Assembly (NCBI GenBank): GCA_965222605.1
Contig: OZ244960.1
Span: 2,688,001-2,752,000, forward strand
Direction: 5' to 3'
DNA: 64,000 bases
From: Candidatus Latescibacterota bacterium
Lineage (GTDB): Bacteria; Latescibacterota; UBA2968
Part shown: one piece after another, positions 19,913-28,866 of the stretch
Numbering within the stretch: the first letter of the stretch is position 1
How the letters are laid out: every line of letters begins with the position of its first letter
Notes under the pieces: model-generated
The model's input: only the letters and a program-made list of their open reading frames with translations
Told to the model about the DNA's origin: nothing
The model's database searches: none
Translations under genes and position numbers: made by a program

Positions 19913-22027
19913 ATGTCTCGTCTCATCTACATCGCGTCCCTCTGCTTCCTCTGCCTGTCTTGCAAAAGCGTGTATTACAACACCTTTTACAACGCCAAAC
20001 AACAGTACAATATAGCCGAGCAAAAACGCGCCGAATCCGCAACCCCAGGCAGCAGAATAACGCCCACGACCTATCGCGCGCTCTACCAGCGGGCCATTGC
20101 CAAAGCATCCATCGTCCTCAAACACTTTCCCGACAGCAAATGGTTTGACGACAGTTTGCTGCTCATCGGCAAAGCGTCTTATTGGCGCGAGGACTACGCC
20201 GAAGCACTGACCAAATTTCAAGAACTGCAAAAACTCTTCCCACAAAGCGAACTGATCCCCGAAACGCGCTACTGGCAGGGCCTCGCGCTCTGGGCAATGA
20301 ATCGCACCAATGAAGCCCGGACTTCATTTTCTCTCTTCGAGAAAAAAACCGATCCCGAATTGTACGGTCTGGCAAATCTGGCACTCGCGGAAATGGAAGC
20401 CTCACAGGACAATAGAGAAAACGCGATTATATCCTATAGCGCACTGCTCGAAACACTCGACAAAAAGCACAAATTGCGTGCGCGGGCCTGGCAAGGCGTG
20501 GGCAATAATCTACTCGAATTAAACCGATACGATGAAGCACTTGAAGCCTACGAAAATGTGCTAAAATCAAAACCCGATACCAGAACAAATTTTGAAACCC
20601 GCGTCAAAATTGGCGATACCCTCGAGCGCCAGCAGAAATACGACGGTGCATTGGACACGTACAAAAAAATATTAAAAATCAAACGGCTTCGCATTTACGA
20701 AGCCGAAATCCAACTCAGACAAGCCCATATATATCAGCTAAAAGATCAAGTTGAAACCGCGGAAGAAATTTACAGCGACGTTGGAAAAAAATATCCCCGT
20801 AGCGAATACAGCGCAGCAGCTTTTTATCGCCTGGGCCTCATAGAACAAAAATCGCGCAAGAACCTGGAAAAAGCCAAAGAGCTATTTGAGAAAGCCGTCC
20901 GCGAAGACCGAAGCTCGGATGAAGGGAAACTCGCTTTGCAACGGCAAAAAGACCTGGTAGCACTCGAACGCTATCAGAAGCAGGTCGAAAAAGCCAAAGA
21001 CCCGCAAAAAGCACTGGTACCGCTTTTTGACCTCGCCGAACTATACCTCTTTAATCTCGGCGAACCCGATTCGGCCCTGAGTATTTATCAGCGCGTATTG
21101 AGCCTGTCCGACAGTTCTGATCTCGCGCCCAAAGCGCATTATGCCATTGGGCTTATTTATGCCGACAGCCTGAAAAACGAAAGCGCAGCGCGCGAACAAT
21201 TTCAACTGCTCCTCGACCAACATCCCAGCACGCCTTATGCCGTTGAAGCCCGGACGCGCCTCAATCAAAATCACGCCGATGATGCGCTGGCTGAAACGCA
21301 ATTTTTAGAAGCTGAAAACCTCATCCAGGAAGGCACACCCGCACAGGATATCGCACCCATCTATCGACAAATAGCCGACGAATATCCCAACAGCCTCTTT
21401 GCCCCAAAGGCACTTTTTGCCCTCGCCTGGACCTACGAAAATGACCTGGACCAACGCGAACAGGCAAAAACCATATACGAACAAGTGCAGGAGCGATACC
21501 CCCTCACACAATACGGCAAAATAGCAACCGACAAACTCAAGGGCAAATTTCTCGACCCTCCCGCGCCAGCGGACTCCACCCAAACGCAACCGTCGGATGC
21601 TCAGCCCGATACAACGCGATCTGAGACAACGGATGCACAGCCCGACACAACAAAGACGAGAACACAAAAAATAATCCGAACACAAAAAACAGTCTCCCCG
21701 AAACCCGCCTTCAAACCCAATGTAACTATCGGAGGCGGTATCATGGAGGCTGTAGATGCCGACGAAGAACCTCAAGTTATAGATGAAATCGAACCCGAAT
21801 ACCCCGAAGAAGCCAGAGCCGATGGCAAACCCGCCACCGTCATCCTGCGATTGCTGGTCTTAAAAGACGGCAGCGTGGGCGAAGTCCATGTGGCCTCTGG
21901 ACCCGAATTATTTCACAATGCCGCAGTGGAAGCCGTAAAACAATACACCTTTGAACCCGGCATACACGAAGACGCCCCGCACGATATGTGGATAGACATA
22001 GCCATCTACTTTGAACCCCCAGAGTAA
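19913..22027 (+). CDS. TPR lipoprotein with C-terminal TonB-like domain
   Basis: Lipobox LCLSC, YYNTFYNA, many TPRs, P/T-rich linker, PEYPEEARADG...FEPG. Confidence 0.8.
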   Translation: MSRLIYIASLCFLCLSCKSVYYNTFYNAKQQYNIAEQKRAESATPGSRITPTTYRALYQRAIAKASIVLKHFPDSKWFDDSLLLIGKASYWREDYAEALTKFQELQKLFPQSELIPETRYWQGLALWAMNRTNEARTSFSLFEKKTDPELYGLANLALAEMEASQDNRENAIISYSALLETLDKKHKLRARAWQGVGNNLLELNRYDEALEAYENVLKSKPDTRTNFETRVKIGDTLERQQKYDGALDTYKKILKIKRLRIYEAEIQLRQAHIYQLKDQVETAEEIYSDVGKKYPRSEYSAAAFYRLGLIEQKSRKNLEKAKELFEKAVREDRSSDEGKLALQRQKDLVALERYQKQVEKAKDPQKALVPLFDLAELYLFNLGEPDSALSIYQRVLSLSDSSDLAPKAHYAIGLIYADSLKNESAAREQFQLLLDQHPSTPYAVEARTRLNQNHADDALAETQFLEAENLIQEGTPAQDIAPIYRQIADEYPNSLFAPKALFALAWTYENDLDQREQAKTIYEQVQERYPLTQYGKIATDKLKGKFLDPPAPADSTQTQPSDAQPDTTRSETTDAQPDTTKTRTQKIIRTQKTVSPKPAFKPNVTIGGGIMEAVDADEEPQVIDEIEPEYPEEARADGKPATVILRLLVLKDGSVGEVHVASGPELFHNAAVEAVKQYTFEPGIHEDAPHDMWIDIAIYFEPPE

Positions 22028-22029
22028 TA

Positions 22030-22830
22030 ATGCTCGAAATCCCAAACTTCATCTCCGAATCTGCTATCGTACAAAAAAACGACCCCATTGCACAGGGCGT
22101 TTATCTCATGCGCCTGCACGCGCCCGAACTCGCAACCATCTCTCGCCCAGCACAATTCCTGCAAATCCTGACTGACCCGGGTCTATCGCCATATCTTCGC
22201 CGACCATTTAGCGTATTGCGCACAGATCGCAAAGCCGGCTGGCTCGACCTCATCTACGACGTCATCGGTCCCGGCACCGAGCGCTTATCCGCCGCCCAAT
22301 ATGGCGACCAATTTGACGTCAGCGGACCACTGGGTCGTCCTTTTGACCCCCCGAAAACCAAACGCATCCTATTAGTCGCCGGTGGCGTCGGCCTCGTCCC
22401 CCTCGCATTTTTGGCGTGGGAACACCCCGACCGCCGCCCCGATATGATCTACCTGATGGGCGCGGCAAATGCCTCGCGCCTGCCCGACATGTCCGCACTC
22501 TTACCCGCCGATCTACCCCTTCACATCGCCACAGACGACGGCAGTGTGGGACACCGCGGTTTTGTCACAGAACTCATTGCCGAACACACCCTTCCAAACC
22601 ACACCACCATCCTCACCTGTGGTCCCCATCCCATGATGGCGCGCGTAGCCCACATCGCCGCCGAATTAAACACCCCCTGCTTTGCCTCCCTCGAAAACCA
22701 CATGGCCTGCGGTTTTGGAGCCTGTGTCGGATGCGTGGTCGAATACAAAACCTATCCCACCGAAGACCGCCGCTATCGCTGCGTCTGCCTCGAAGGACCC
22801 GTCGTCAACGCCCACGAAATTGTGTGGTGA
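22030..22830 (+). CDS. pyrK: Dihydroorotate dehydrogenase B electron-transfer subunit
   Basis: LRRPFS, VAGGVG, TDDGS, CGPHPM, MACGFGACVGC...VCLEGPV. Confidence 0.92.
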   Translation: MLEIPNFISESAIVQKNDPIAQGVYLMRLHAPELATISRPAQFLQILTDPGLSPYLRRPFSVLRTDRKAGWLDLIYDVIGPGTERLSAAQYGDQFDVSGPLGRPFDPPKTKRILLVAGGVGLVPLAFLAWEHPDRRPDMIYLMGAANASRLPDMSALLPADLPLHIATDDGSVGHRGFVTELIAEHTLPNHTTILTCGPHPMMARVAHIAAELNTPCFASLENHMACGFGACVGCVVEYKTYPTEDRRYRCVCLEGPVVNAHEIVW

Positions 22831-22854
22831 GAGCGGTCAGCAGTCAAAACCTTC

Positions 22855-22885
22855 TGGATCGCGGCTAACACCCTGCCGCGATGAC
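22855..22885 (+). repeat. REP family A
   Basis: TGGATCGCGGCtaacaccctGCCGCGATGAC. Confidence 0.9.
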
Positions 22886-22910
22886 AAGCAAAACCTTTCT
22901 TTTTATTCAC

Positions 22911-22951
22911 AAAAACACCCGCTCAGTATAAGCGGGTGTTTTTGTTTTTTT
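22911..22951. terminator. Bidirectional intrinsic terminator
   Basis: AAAAACACCCGCT-cagtata-AGCGGGTGTTTTT plus T-run. Confidence 0.85.
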
Positions 22952-23211
22952 TAGCGTTGATATACGTCGCGACGATGAGCGATACGGTGGATGATAACGC
23001 ACTGATTTGTATCATCAATTTCATAAAGAATGCGGTAGTCTCCTACGCGAATACGCCACGAATTTGGGCGACCAACCAGTTTTTCCACTCTTGAAGGACG
23101 TGGCTCTGATTCCAGTTGGAGAAGATGTCGGTTAATACGTTGACGAATATGGCCCTGCAACCTACGGCGTTCTCGTTCTGCTGCTGAACGCATATGAACA
23201 GCGTAAGCCAT
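22951..23211 (-). CDS. RelE/ParE-family toxin
   Basis: EPRPSRVEKL, WRIRVGDYRILYEI, HRRDVY. Confidence 0.92.
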   Translation of the reverse strand: MAYAVHMRSAAERERRRLQGHIRQRINRHLLQLESEPRPSRVEKLVGRPNSWRIRVGDYRILYEIDDTNQCVIIHRIAHRRDVYQR

Positions 23212-23213
23212 TT

Positions 23214-23468
23214 CTAAGATACTTCTCCGGTTTCACGGAGCAAATCGCGCAAAGGTCGCGTTTCGCTATTCTCCTCGTTCGCCTCTTCCATTAACATGGC
23301 GTCAACAGCATCCTGCAAGTGCAGAGGAAGCGTCTCCCAATCTGTTTCCCGAGCTACCTTTTGAAGTAACGTCTTGAAATCGTCATATCCAAGTATCACC
23401 TCAATAACCTCACCCGAGTCATCATATACCCATTTTGGAGAACGAGGTTTTTCGAGAATGCGTGTCAT
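23214..23468 (-). CDS. Putative cognate antitoxin
   Basis: Small acidic ORF 2 nt upstream of toxin; TTGACA-17-TATTTT further upstream. Confidence 0.75.
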   Translation of the reverse strand: MTRILEKPRSPKWVYDDSGEVIEVILGYDDFKTLLQKVARETDWETLPLHLQDAVDAMLMEEANEENSETRPLRDLLRETGEVS

Positions 23469-23728
23469 ATTACCCTCAATCTGATTTGTATTGACATGAT
23501 AACCTTTTTCACCTCTCGCTTATCTTCATAGGCTCAGGCATCTCACAGCAACAACAGTTTGGACACTTTTTTCGCCACAACGGTCCGAATATTGACCAAG
23601 TTGCATCTCAAAATAAGTTGAATTTCTATTGATGTCAATGCAGGACAGCAGGATTAAGCGCGATTTGTATTGATACCACGCCAGACCGTTCACTCGCCTT
23701 CATACACCGATTCTCAATTCGTCAAACG

Positions 23729-24358
23729 ATGACCGCACCCACACACATAGCATTTGGACTGCTCACAGCAGCGGGATCCTTTTCGCTCTTTTATACCCCT
23801 TCACCGCAATCTCCCCGCGGTCGCATGCGCCATCCTGGGCAGCGTGCTCCCAGATATAGATTCTCCGAACAGTTATATCGGTCGCGTGCTCCCATTCGCG
23901 TCCATCCCCATCGAGCGGCCTGTGTTTTCCCCGGCAGCGCGAAATACAGAATCAAAACCGGATCTATGGGAGAAAACTATCTGTTAATCGGACTTCTGCT
24001 TATGCTCCTGGTATTCATACCCATATTGCACATGGGTGGTATCTGGAAATCATTCAGATACCTGATGGCCACGCCCTCTGCTGCATACGCAAATTATCGC
24101 AAAGCCGACACAGAAACCGTCTTAACCTTTGAAGGACGCTGGCGACACACGCGGGAGCACGTGCGCGGAGAAGGCGTAATCCTCGATGCCAGACCCGCCC
24201 TGTTCTGGATCATAAGGACTCGCCCGCCCGTTCATTACCTCGAACTGAGGCGGATGGAGCAAGAACTGGAAGAAAAAAAGCAAGAAATCGAAGCCTTGAA
24301 ACGCGCACAGGTGCGATTCAGCGGCACATTATACATTCGCATACTCGGAGACATGTAA
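23729..24358 (+). pseudogene. Decayed membrane-bound metal-dependent hydrolase (YdjM-like)
   Basis: MTAPTHIAFG and LGSVLPDIDSPNSYIGR are in different frames; central part missing. Confidence 0.75.
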
Positions 24359-24400
24359 TGCGCCGTCGAGATAATGTCAGTAATGACAACCAAAACTTTC

Positions 24401-24432
24401 TGGATCGCGGCTCAAAAACATGCCGCGATGAC
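24401..24432 (+). repeat. REP family A
   Basis: TGGATCGCGGCtcaaaaacatGCCGCGATGAC. Confidence 0.9.
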
Positions 24433-24436
24433 GGCT

Positions 24437-25840
24437 TTACAACCCATCCCTCTTCATCCTATTTCTCAAAACCATCCTCGAAATACCCAGAAGCGCGGCA
24501 GCGTGAACCTGATTCCCCTCTGTTCGCCGCAACGCCTCTTGAAGCAGTGCCCTCTCAAACGCGGGCAGATTCATTTGATCCTCTAATAGAGATTGCACCA
24601 CCTGTTCAACCCCACTATCTACAATCGGGGCACTCTTAAAAAGATCAAAACCCAGGTCATCCGCCTCAATTTCCCCATCACCGCACAAAATCGCTGCCCG
24701 CTCAACCGCATTCTTCAACATGCGAACATTACCCGGAAACACCTGTCGCTGGAGCAAATCCTCAGCCTCTTTCGAAAACCCCATCAGCGGCTTCCGCAGA
24801 TCGCGGGCATAGTCAGCCAAAAAATGCCGCGCCAGGAACAGAACATCCCCCGCCCGCTCGCGCAACGGCGGCACCTGAATCGCGAACACATTCAACCTGT
24901 AATACAGATCCTCTCTAAAAGCCCCTTCCCTCACCGCTGCAGCAAGCACCCTATTGGTAGCTGCAACCACGCGCACATCTACTTCCATCTCACGACTACT
25001 CCCCACGGGTCGGATGCGTCGATCCTCCAAAGTCCGCAACAAACGCACCTGCATCTCAAGCGGCATATCCCCAATCTCATCCAGAAACAGCGTACCCCCG
25101 TGTGCCAGATCAAAATGGCCCTTCTGATCTGCCTTCGCGTCTGTAAACGCGCCCTTCTTGTGCCCAAAGAATGCGCTCTCAAATAAATTGCCCGGAATCG
25201 CAGAACAATTCACGGGAATAAACGGACCGCCAGCGCGAACACTCTCGCAATGCACAGCCCGAGCAACCAGTTCTTTCCCCGTACCCGTCTCCCCAACAAT
25301 AAGCACCGTCGTATGATCAGTCGCGGCCACCTGCTGAATCTCCGCCTTCATCTTCACAACCGCCTGACTCTCCCCTATCAGCGCATTCAAACCGCCTCTC
25401 TCCCGCTCCCGCGCCTCAAACCGGTCCAGCCTCGCCTGCACCCTATTCTTCTCTTTCCGAAGCACCTGATAGCGCACCGTGCGCTGGATAGCAGCATTCA
25501 GATCCTCCACCTTGAAGGGTTTATTAAAAAAATCAAACGCCCCTTCTCGCAGCGCGCGAAACGCATTCTCGGACTCCTTAACCCCAGTGATCACAATCAC
25601 CTCGGTCTCAGGAGCAACAGATCGCACCCGCCGAAGCACCTCAAACCCATCCATACCCGGCATCTTCACATCTGTAATCACAATATCCACAGCCTGGCTC
25701 TCCACCACCTCCACGCCCTTCTCCCCATTCGCCGCTTCGATGACCGTATGCCCCCTCGCAATGAGAAACTTCCCAATCGCAGCCCGGATATGTGCATCAT
25801 CATCAATCACCAAAATCGTCATGCTGACCTGCTCACCCAT
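24437..25840 (-). CDS. Sigma54-dependent response regulator (NtrC/AtoC family)
   Basis: REC (ILVIDDD, TDVKMPGMDG), GETGTGKE, GAFTDA, LFLDEIG, Fis HTH. Confidence 0.95.
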   Translation of the reverse strand: MGEQVSMTILVIDDDAHIRAAIGKFLIARGHTVIEAANGEKGVEVVESQAVDIVITDVKMPGMDGFEVLRRVRSVAPETEVIVITGVKESENAFRALREGAFDFFNKPFKVEDLNAAIQRTVRYQVLRKEKNRVQARLDRFEARERERGGLNALIGESQAVVKMKAEIQQVAATDHTTVLIVGETGTGKELVARAVHCESVRAGGPFIPVNCSAIPGNLFESAFFGHKKGAFTDAKADQKGHFDLAHGGTLFLDEIGDMPLEMQVRLLRTLEDRRIRPVGSSREMEVDVRVVAATNRVLAAAVREGAFREDLYYRLNVFAIQVPPLRERAGDVLFLARHFLADYARDLRKPLMGFSKEAEDLLQRQVFPGNVRMLKNAVERAAILCGDGEIEADDLGFDLFKSAPIVDSGVEQVVQSLLEDQMNLPAFERALLQEALRRTEGNQVHAAALLGISRMVLRNRMKRDGL

Positions 25841-25956
25841 TCTTATTCCCCCACATTTACATGCTTTGCTCCTGGAAAAATAAGACGGGATTTGCAAAAA
25901 GCAAGATCACTCATTCAGAATACGGGCATATTATGTTTTCGTGCATTTTGATGTCC

Positions 25957-28413
25957 TTATGCATTGCGACAAAACGCAATCCGCTTGTTAATATCCCTCG
26001 CGACCTCAAGAACCTCCACCGGCGCGCGAACGACTTCACCAGTACGCTGTCGCAGGGCAACGACAAGAGGTGCCAACGCGACGGCATTCGCTCTCGACAG
26101 GACCTCGACAAGATCGCGCTCCGAGACGCCATTAGCGATCAACTCGGGCACAAACTGTAGCATCTCGGACATCATCATTTCATTATCAGGTACGAACACA
26201 GAATACGCCGAACGGAACACACCCATAGCCATCATATGTCTTTTCTTTAGCAGTAGTGCCAAAGCATGTACATACCTTGTTCGCCATGTAAACACCACCT
26301 TCTCATTATCGGTCAAGGCACCAAGTCTTCCTTCAAGCTCTTCACACATCTGCAGAGCTTCTTCCGCACGCCCCATTTTGATTTGCATCATACCCTTTTG
26401 GGACAACGCCCAGGCGACCAGAACCTGAATCTCTGGTGCATCGCTGCTGCCAAAGCGGGTGATCACCTCATCATACGCCTCTATAGCCAATCTCAACTCT
26501 CCCAGTTGGACTTGCATATCTCCCCTTTGGGACAACGCCAGCGCGACCAGAACCTGGATCTCTGGTGTATCGCTGCTGCCAAAGCGGGTGATCACTTCCT
26601 CATACGCCCCTACCGCCAGGCCCAACTCTCCCAGTTGGACTTGCATATCTCCTTTTTTTAACAACGCCAACGCGACCGGAAACTGAAAGTCGGGAGATTT
26701 GCTACTGCCAAAGCGGGTGATCACTTCCTCATACGCCGATACCGCCAAACCCAACTCGCCGAGTTCATCTCGTGCTCTTGCCCCATGGATCAACACGCGG
26801 GCCATCCGCGCCAGAAGTGTTTGGTCGCCCGTCTCGTCGAATCGCTCGACCATCTCGTTGCACACCGCGACCACCCCCTGGAAATCTCCCAATTTCTCAT
26901 AAGCAATCGCCTTCATATGCAATATGTAGGCGATGAGGGACTCTGGCATTAGAGATGAATCCACGCCTCCTGAAGCCATAAAATGGTCACCTATCTCGAT
27001 AACCCTTTCGAATTCTCTCTCCTTGAGTGCCGTTTGGATTTCCTCTTTCAAACGCAGTTCCGCCGTAAATTGAACATTTTCCGTCGCTTTATCCGATATA
27101 TATCTGATAGCCGACCATGCCACGCGTAAAAAACTATCCTCAGAACGCGGCTGTTCGGCGAGCGCACGCTCGATACCCTCGCGAATAACCTTTGACCCCG
27201 CCGCCTCCAAACTCAGCCGACCAAACACCTGGTACAATTCGCCTATCCCGTAGAACGCCACCATGAAATGAATCAGATTTCTCACAACCGTCACCTCGTC
27301 GCGCTCGCGTCGCAGCTTGTAGTAAATACTGTAGAGAGGTTCCGCGGCGGCGTACAATCGCTTCCTGCCAGTCCCCTCCACAATGACCGCACCCCGGTTG
27401 ACGAGTCGTCCGAGCATAGTCGATACAGGCCGAACCTCCATACGCGCGCGCGCCGCAATCTCGCCCGTACTCGATGGTCGCCAAAGGTCAATCAACGCGA
27501 GATACACGCGGCGTTCTCCCCTGCCCAGGACCTCCAGATGACCGCGAAAATACTCGGTATGATCGTCGATCAGCATCACCAGTTCTTCCATCAACTGGCG
27601 CAGTGATCGGTGTTGCGCGAACCCGGCAACGATGACCAGAAGGCGGGGATTGCCACCCGTCAAGATCTCGAGCGGCCTGATCTCGTGCTCGCTCACCTCA
27701 TCGCCGCTGACCACCTCCCAAAGGTGACGGCATTCTTCGGTACCCAGCGGTTCCAGATCGATGATTCGGAACAACTCAAAAAACGGCTCGCCCGCGTCTT
27801 CCAAACCCTCAAAGCGACTCGTCGCAGTAGCGAGCAGCATAATCCGAGGCTCTGACTCCAACGCGTCGCGCAACTGCCAGCCAAAATCATCTTCCACATT
27901 TTCGCAAAGCGCCTGCAGGTTTTCCACCATGAGAACGAGTTTTTTACCCAACCGGTCCGCCGCATCCAGGACAGCGGCAAGGACGCGATCCGCGAGCATC
28001 TCCTCGCGCCAGCGATCGGTCAGATCGGCATGCGTCTCTCGCAGTTCCCCTGCCAGATCGGGATCGTACTTTACACTCTCCCGCGCAAGATGGAACAGGG
28101 TATCGAGCCAGAAATCCGCGAGATTAAATACCTCGTGACTCTCTTCCATAAACCGAACCGGCAAAAAACATCTACAAAGTTCGTCATCAGTATTCAACTC
28201 CGCCGCAACCCGCGCGAGCAACATCGTCTTTCCCCGACCCCGAGACGCGACCACCAGAACATCCTGACACGATGGGGAATTGATATTCCCGCGCAAAACC
28301 TCAAGCACCATATCGAGTTCGCGCTCCCTCACCGCGAACTGCTCAATCACCTCCTCATCGGACTGAAACGTCCCCGGATTGAACTTGCGGATTGGGCGAT
28401 CAAGTTTGTTCAT
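25957..28413 (-). CDS. STAND-like ATPase - winged HTH - TPR protein (paralogue B, 818 aa)
   Basis: ASRGRGKT, LVLMVEN, LTGGNPR, wHTH GEIAARAR..VSTMLGRL, 43-aa TPR-like repeats. Confidence 0.85.
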   Translation of the reverse strand: MNKLDRPIRKFNPGTFQSDEEVIEQFAVRERELDMVLEVLRGNINSPSCQDVLVVASRGRGKTMLLARVAAELNTDDELCRCFLPVRFMEESHEVFNLADFWLDTLFHLARESVKYDPDLAGELRETHADLTDRWREEMLADRVLAAVLDAADRLGKKLVLMVENLQALCENVEDDFGWQLRDALESEPRIMLLATATSRFEGLEDAGEPFFELFRIIDLEPLGTEECRHLWEVVSGDEVSEHEIRPLEILTGGNPRLLVIVAGFAQHRSLRQLMEELVMLIDDHTEYFRGHLEVLGRGERRVYLALIDLWRPSSTGEIAARARMEVRPVSTMLGRLVNRGAVIVEGTGRKRLYAAAEPLYSIYYKLRRERDEVTVVRNLIHFMVAFYGIGELYQVFGRLSLEAAGSKVIREGIERALAEQPRSEDSFLRVAWSAIRYISDKATENVQFTAELRLKEEIQTALKEREFERVIEIGDHFMASGGVDSSLMPESLIAYILHMKAIAYEKLGDFQGVVAVCNEMVERFDETGDQTLLARMARVLIHGARARDELGELGLAVSAYEEVITRFGSSKSPDFQFPVALALLKKGDMQVQLGELGLAVGAYEEVITRFGSSDTPEIQVLVALALSQRGDMQVQLGELRLAIEAYDEVITRFGSSDAPEIQVLVAWALSQKGMMQIKMGRAEEALQMCEELEGRLGALTDNEKVVFTWRTRYVHALALLLKKRHMMAMGVFRSAYSVFVPDNEMMMSEMLQFVPELIANGVSERDLVEVLSRANAVALAPLVVALRQRTGEVVRAPVEVLEVARDINKRIAFCRNA
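26378..26764 (-). repeat. Three intragenic 129-bp tandem repeats (43-aa TPR-like units)
   Basis: CCAAAGCGGGTGATCAC recurs at 26450, 26579, 26708. Confidence 0.9.
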
Positions 28414-28500
28414 TGCGCGTCTCCTAATGATTCTCAGCGGTCAGCAGTCAGCTTTTAGCTCCCCACCCATCCACCCCAGAGCAACAGTGCTTAATTGGCA

Positions 28501-28565
28501 TTGTCAACTAAATCGTTGACAAAATAATATCTGACAAATTTTTGTCAATAAAATTGTTGACAAAA
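28501..28565. promoter_or_regulatory. Operator-like palindromes upstream of paralogue B
   Basis: CAACTAAATCGTTG (28505), TGACAAATTTTTGTCA (28532), CAATAAAATTGTTG (28546). Confidence 0.55.
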
Positions 28566-28635
28566 ATTGAGAGGCGATACAAGTTGTTATATATTATTGG
28601 GATATGGCACGCAATATCGCGCATGGAATGAGAAT

Positions 28636-28686
28636 AAACCACACAAAAAGCCCAATGGTCTCCTCTAAACCGTTGGGCTTTTCTTA
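28636..28686. terminator. Hairpin duplicated at 32830-32880
   Basis: AAACCACACAAAAAGCCCAA(T/C)GG(T/C)CTCCTCTAAACCGTTGGGCTTTTCTTA in both. Confidence 0.8.
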
Positions 28687-28758
28687 GCCTGACTGCGATA
28701 GCAGCTCATCAGCTATGGGGTCGTAGGGATAAACCTCGACGGATGGTTGACCTGTATT

Positions 28759-28785
28759 GTAGGGGCGGCGCCCCTGTGCCCGCCC
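28759..28785 (+). repeat. REP family B
   Basis: GTAGGGGCGGCGCCCCTGTGCCCGCCC. Confidence 0.85.
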
Positions 28786-28866
28786 GTAGGATGGCAGCCC
28801 CCGTGTAAAAGCGCTACGGGGCAGTCCTGAGGAGTTTGATGTACGATTCACAAACGATTATCGACA

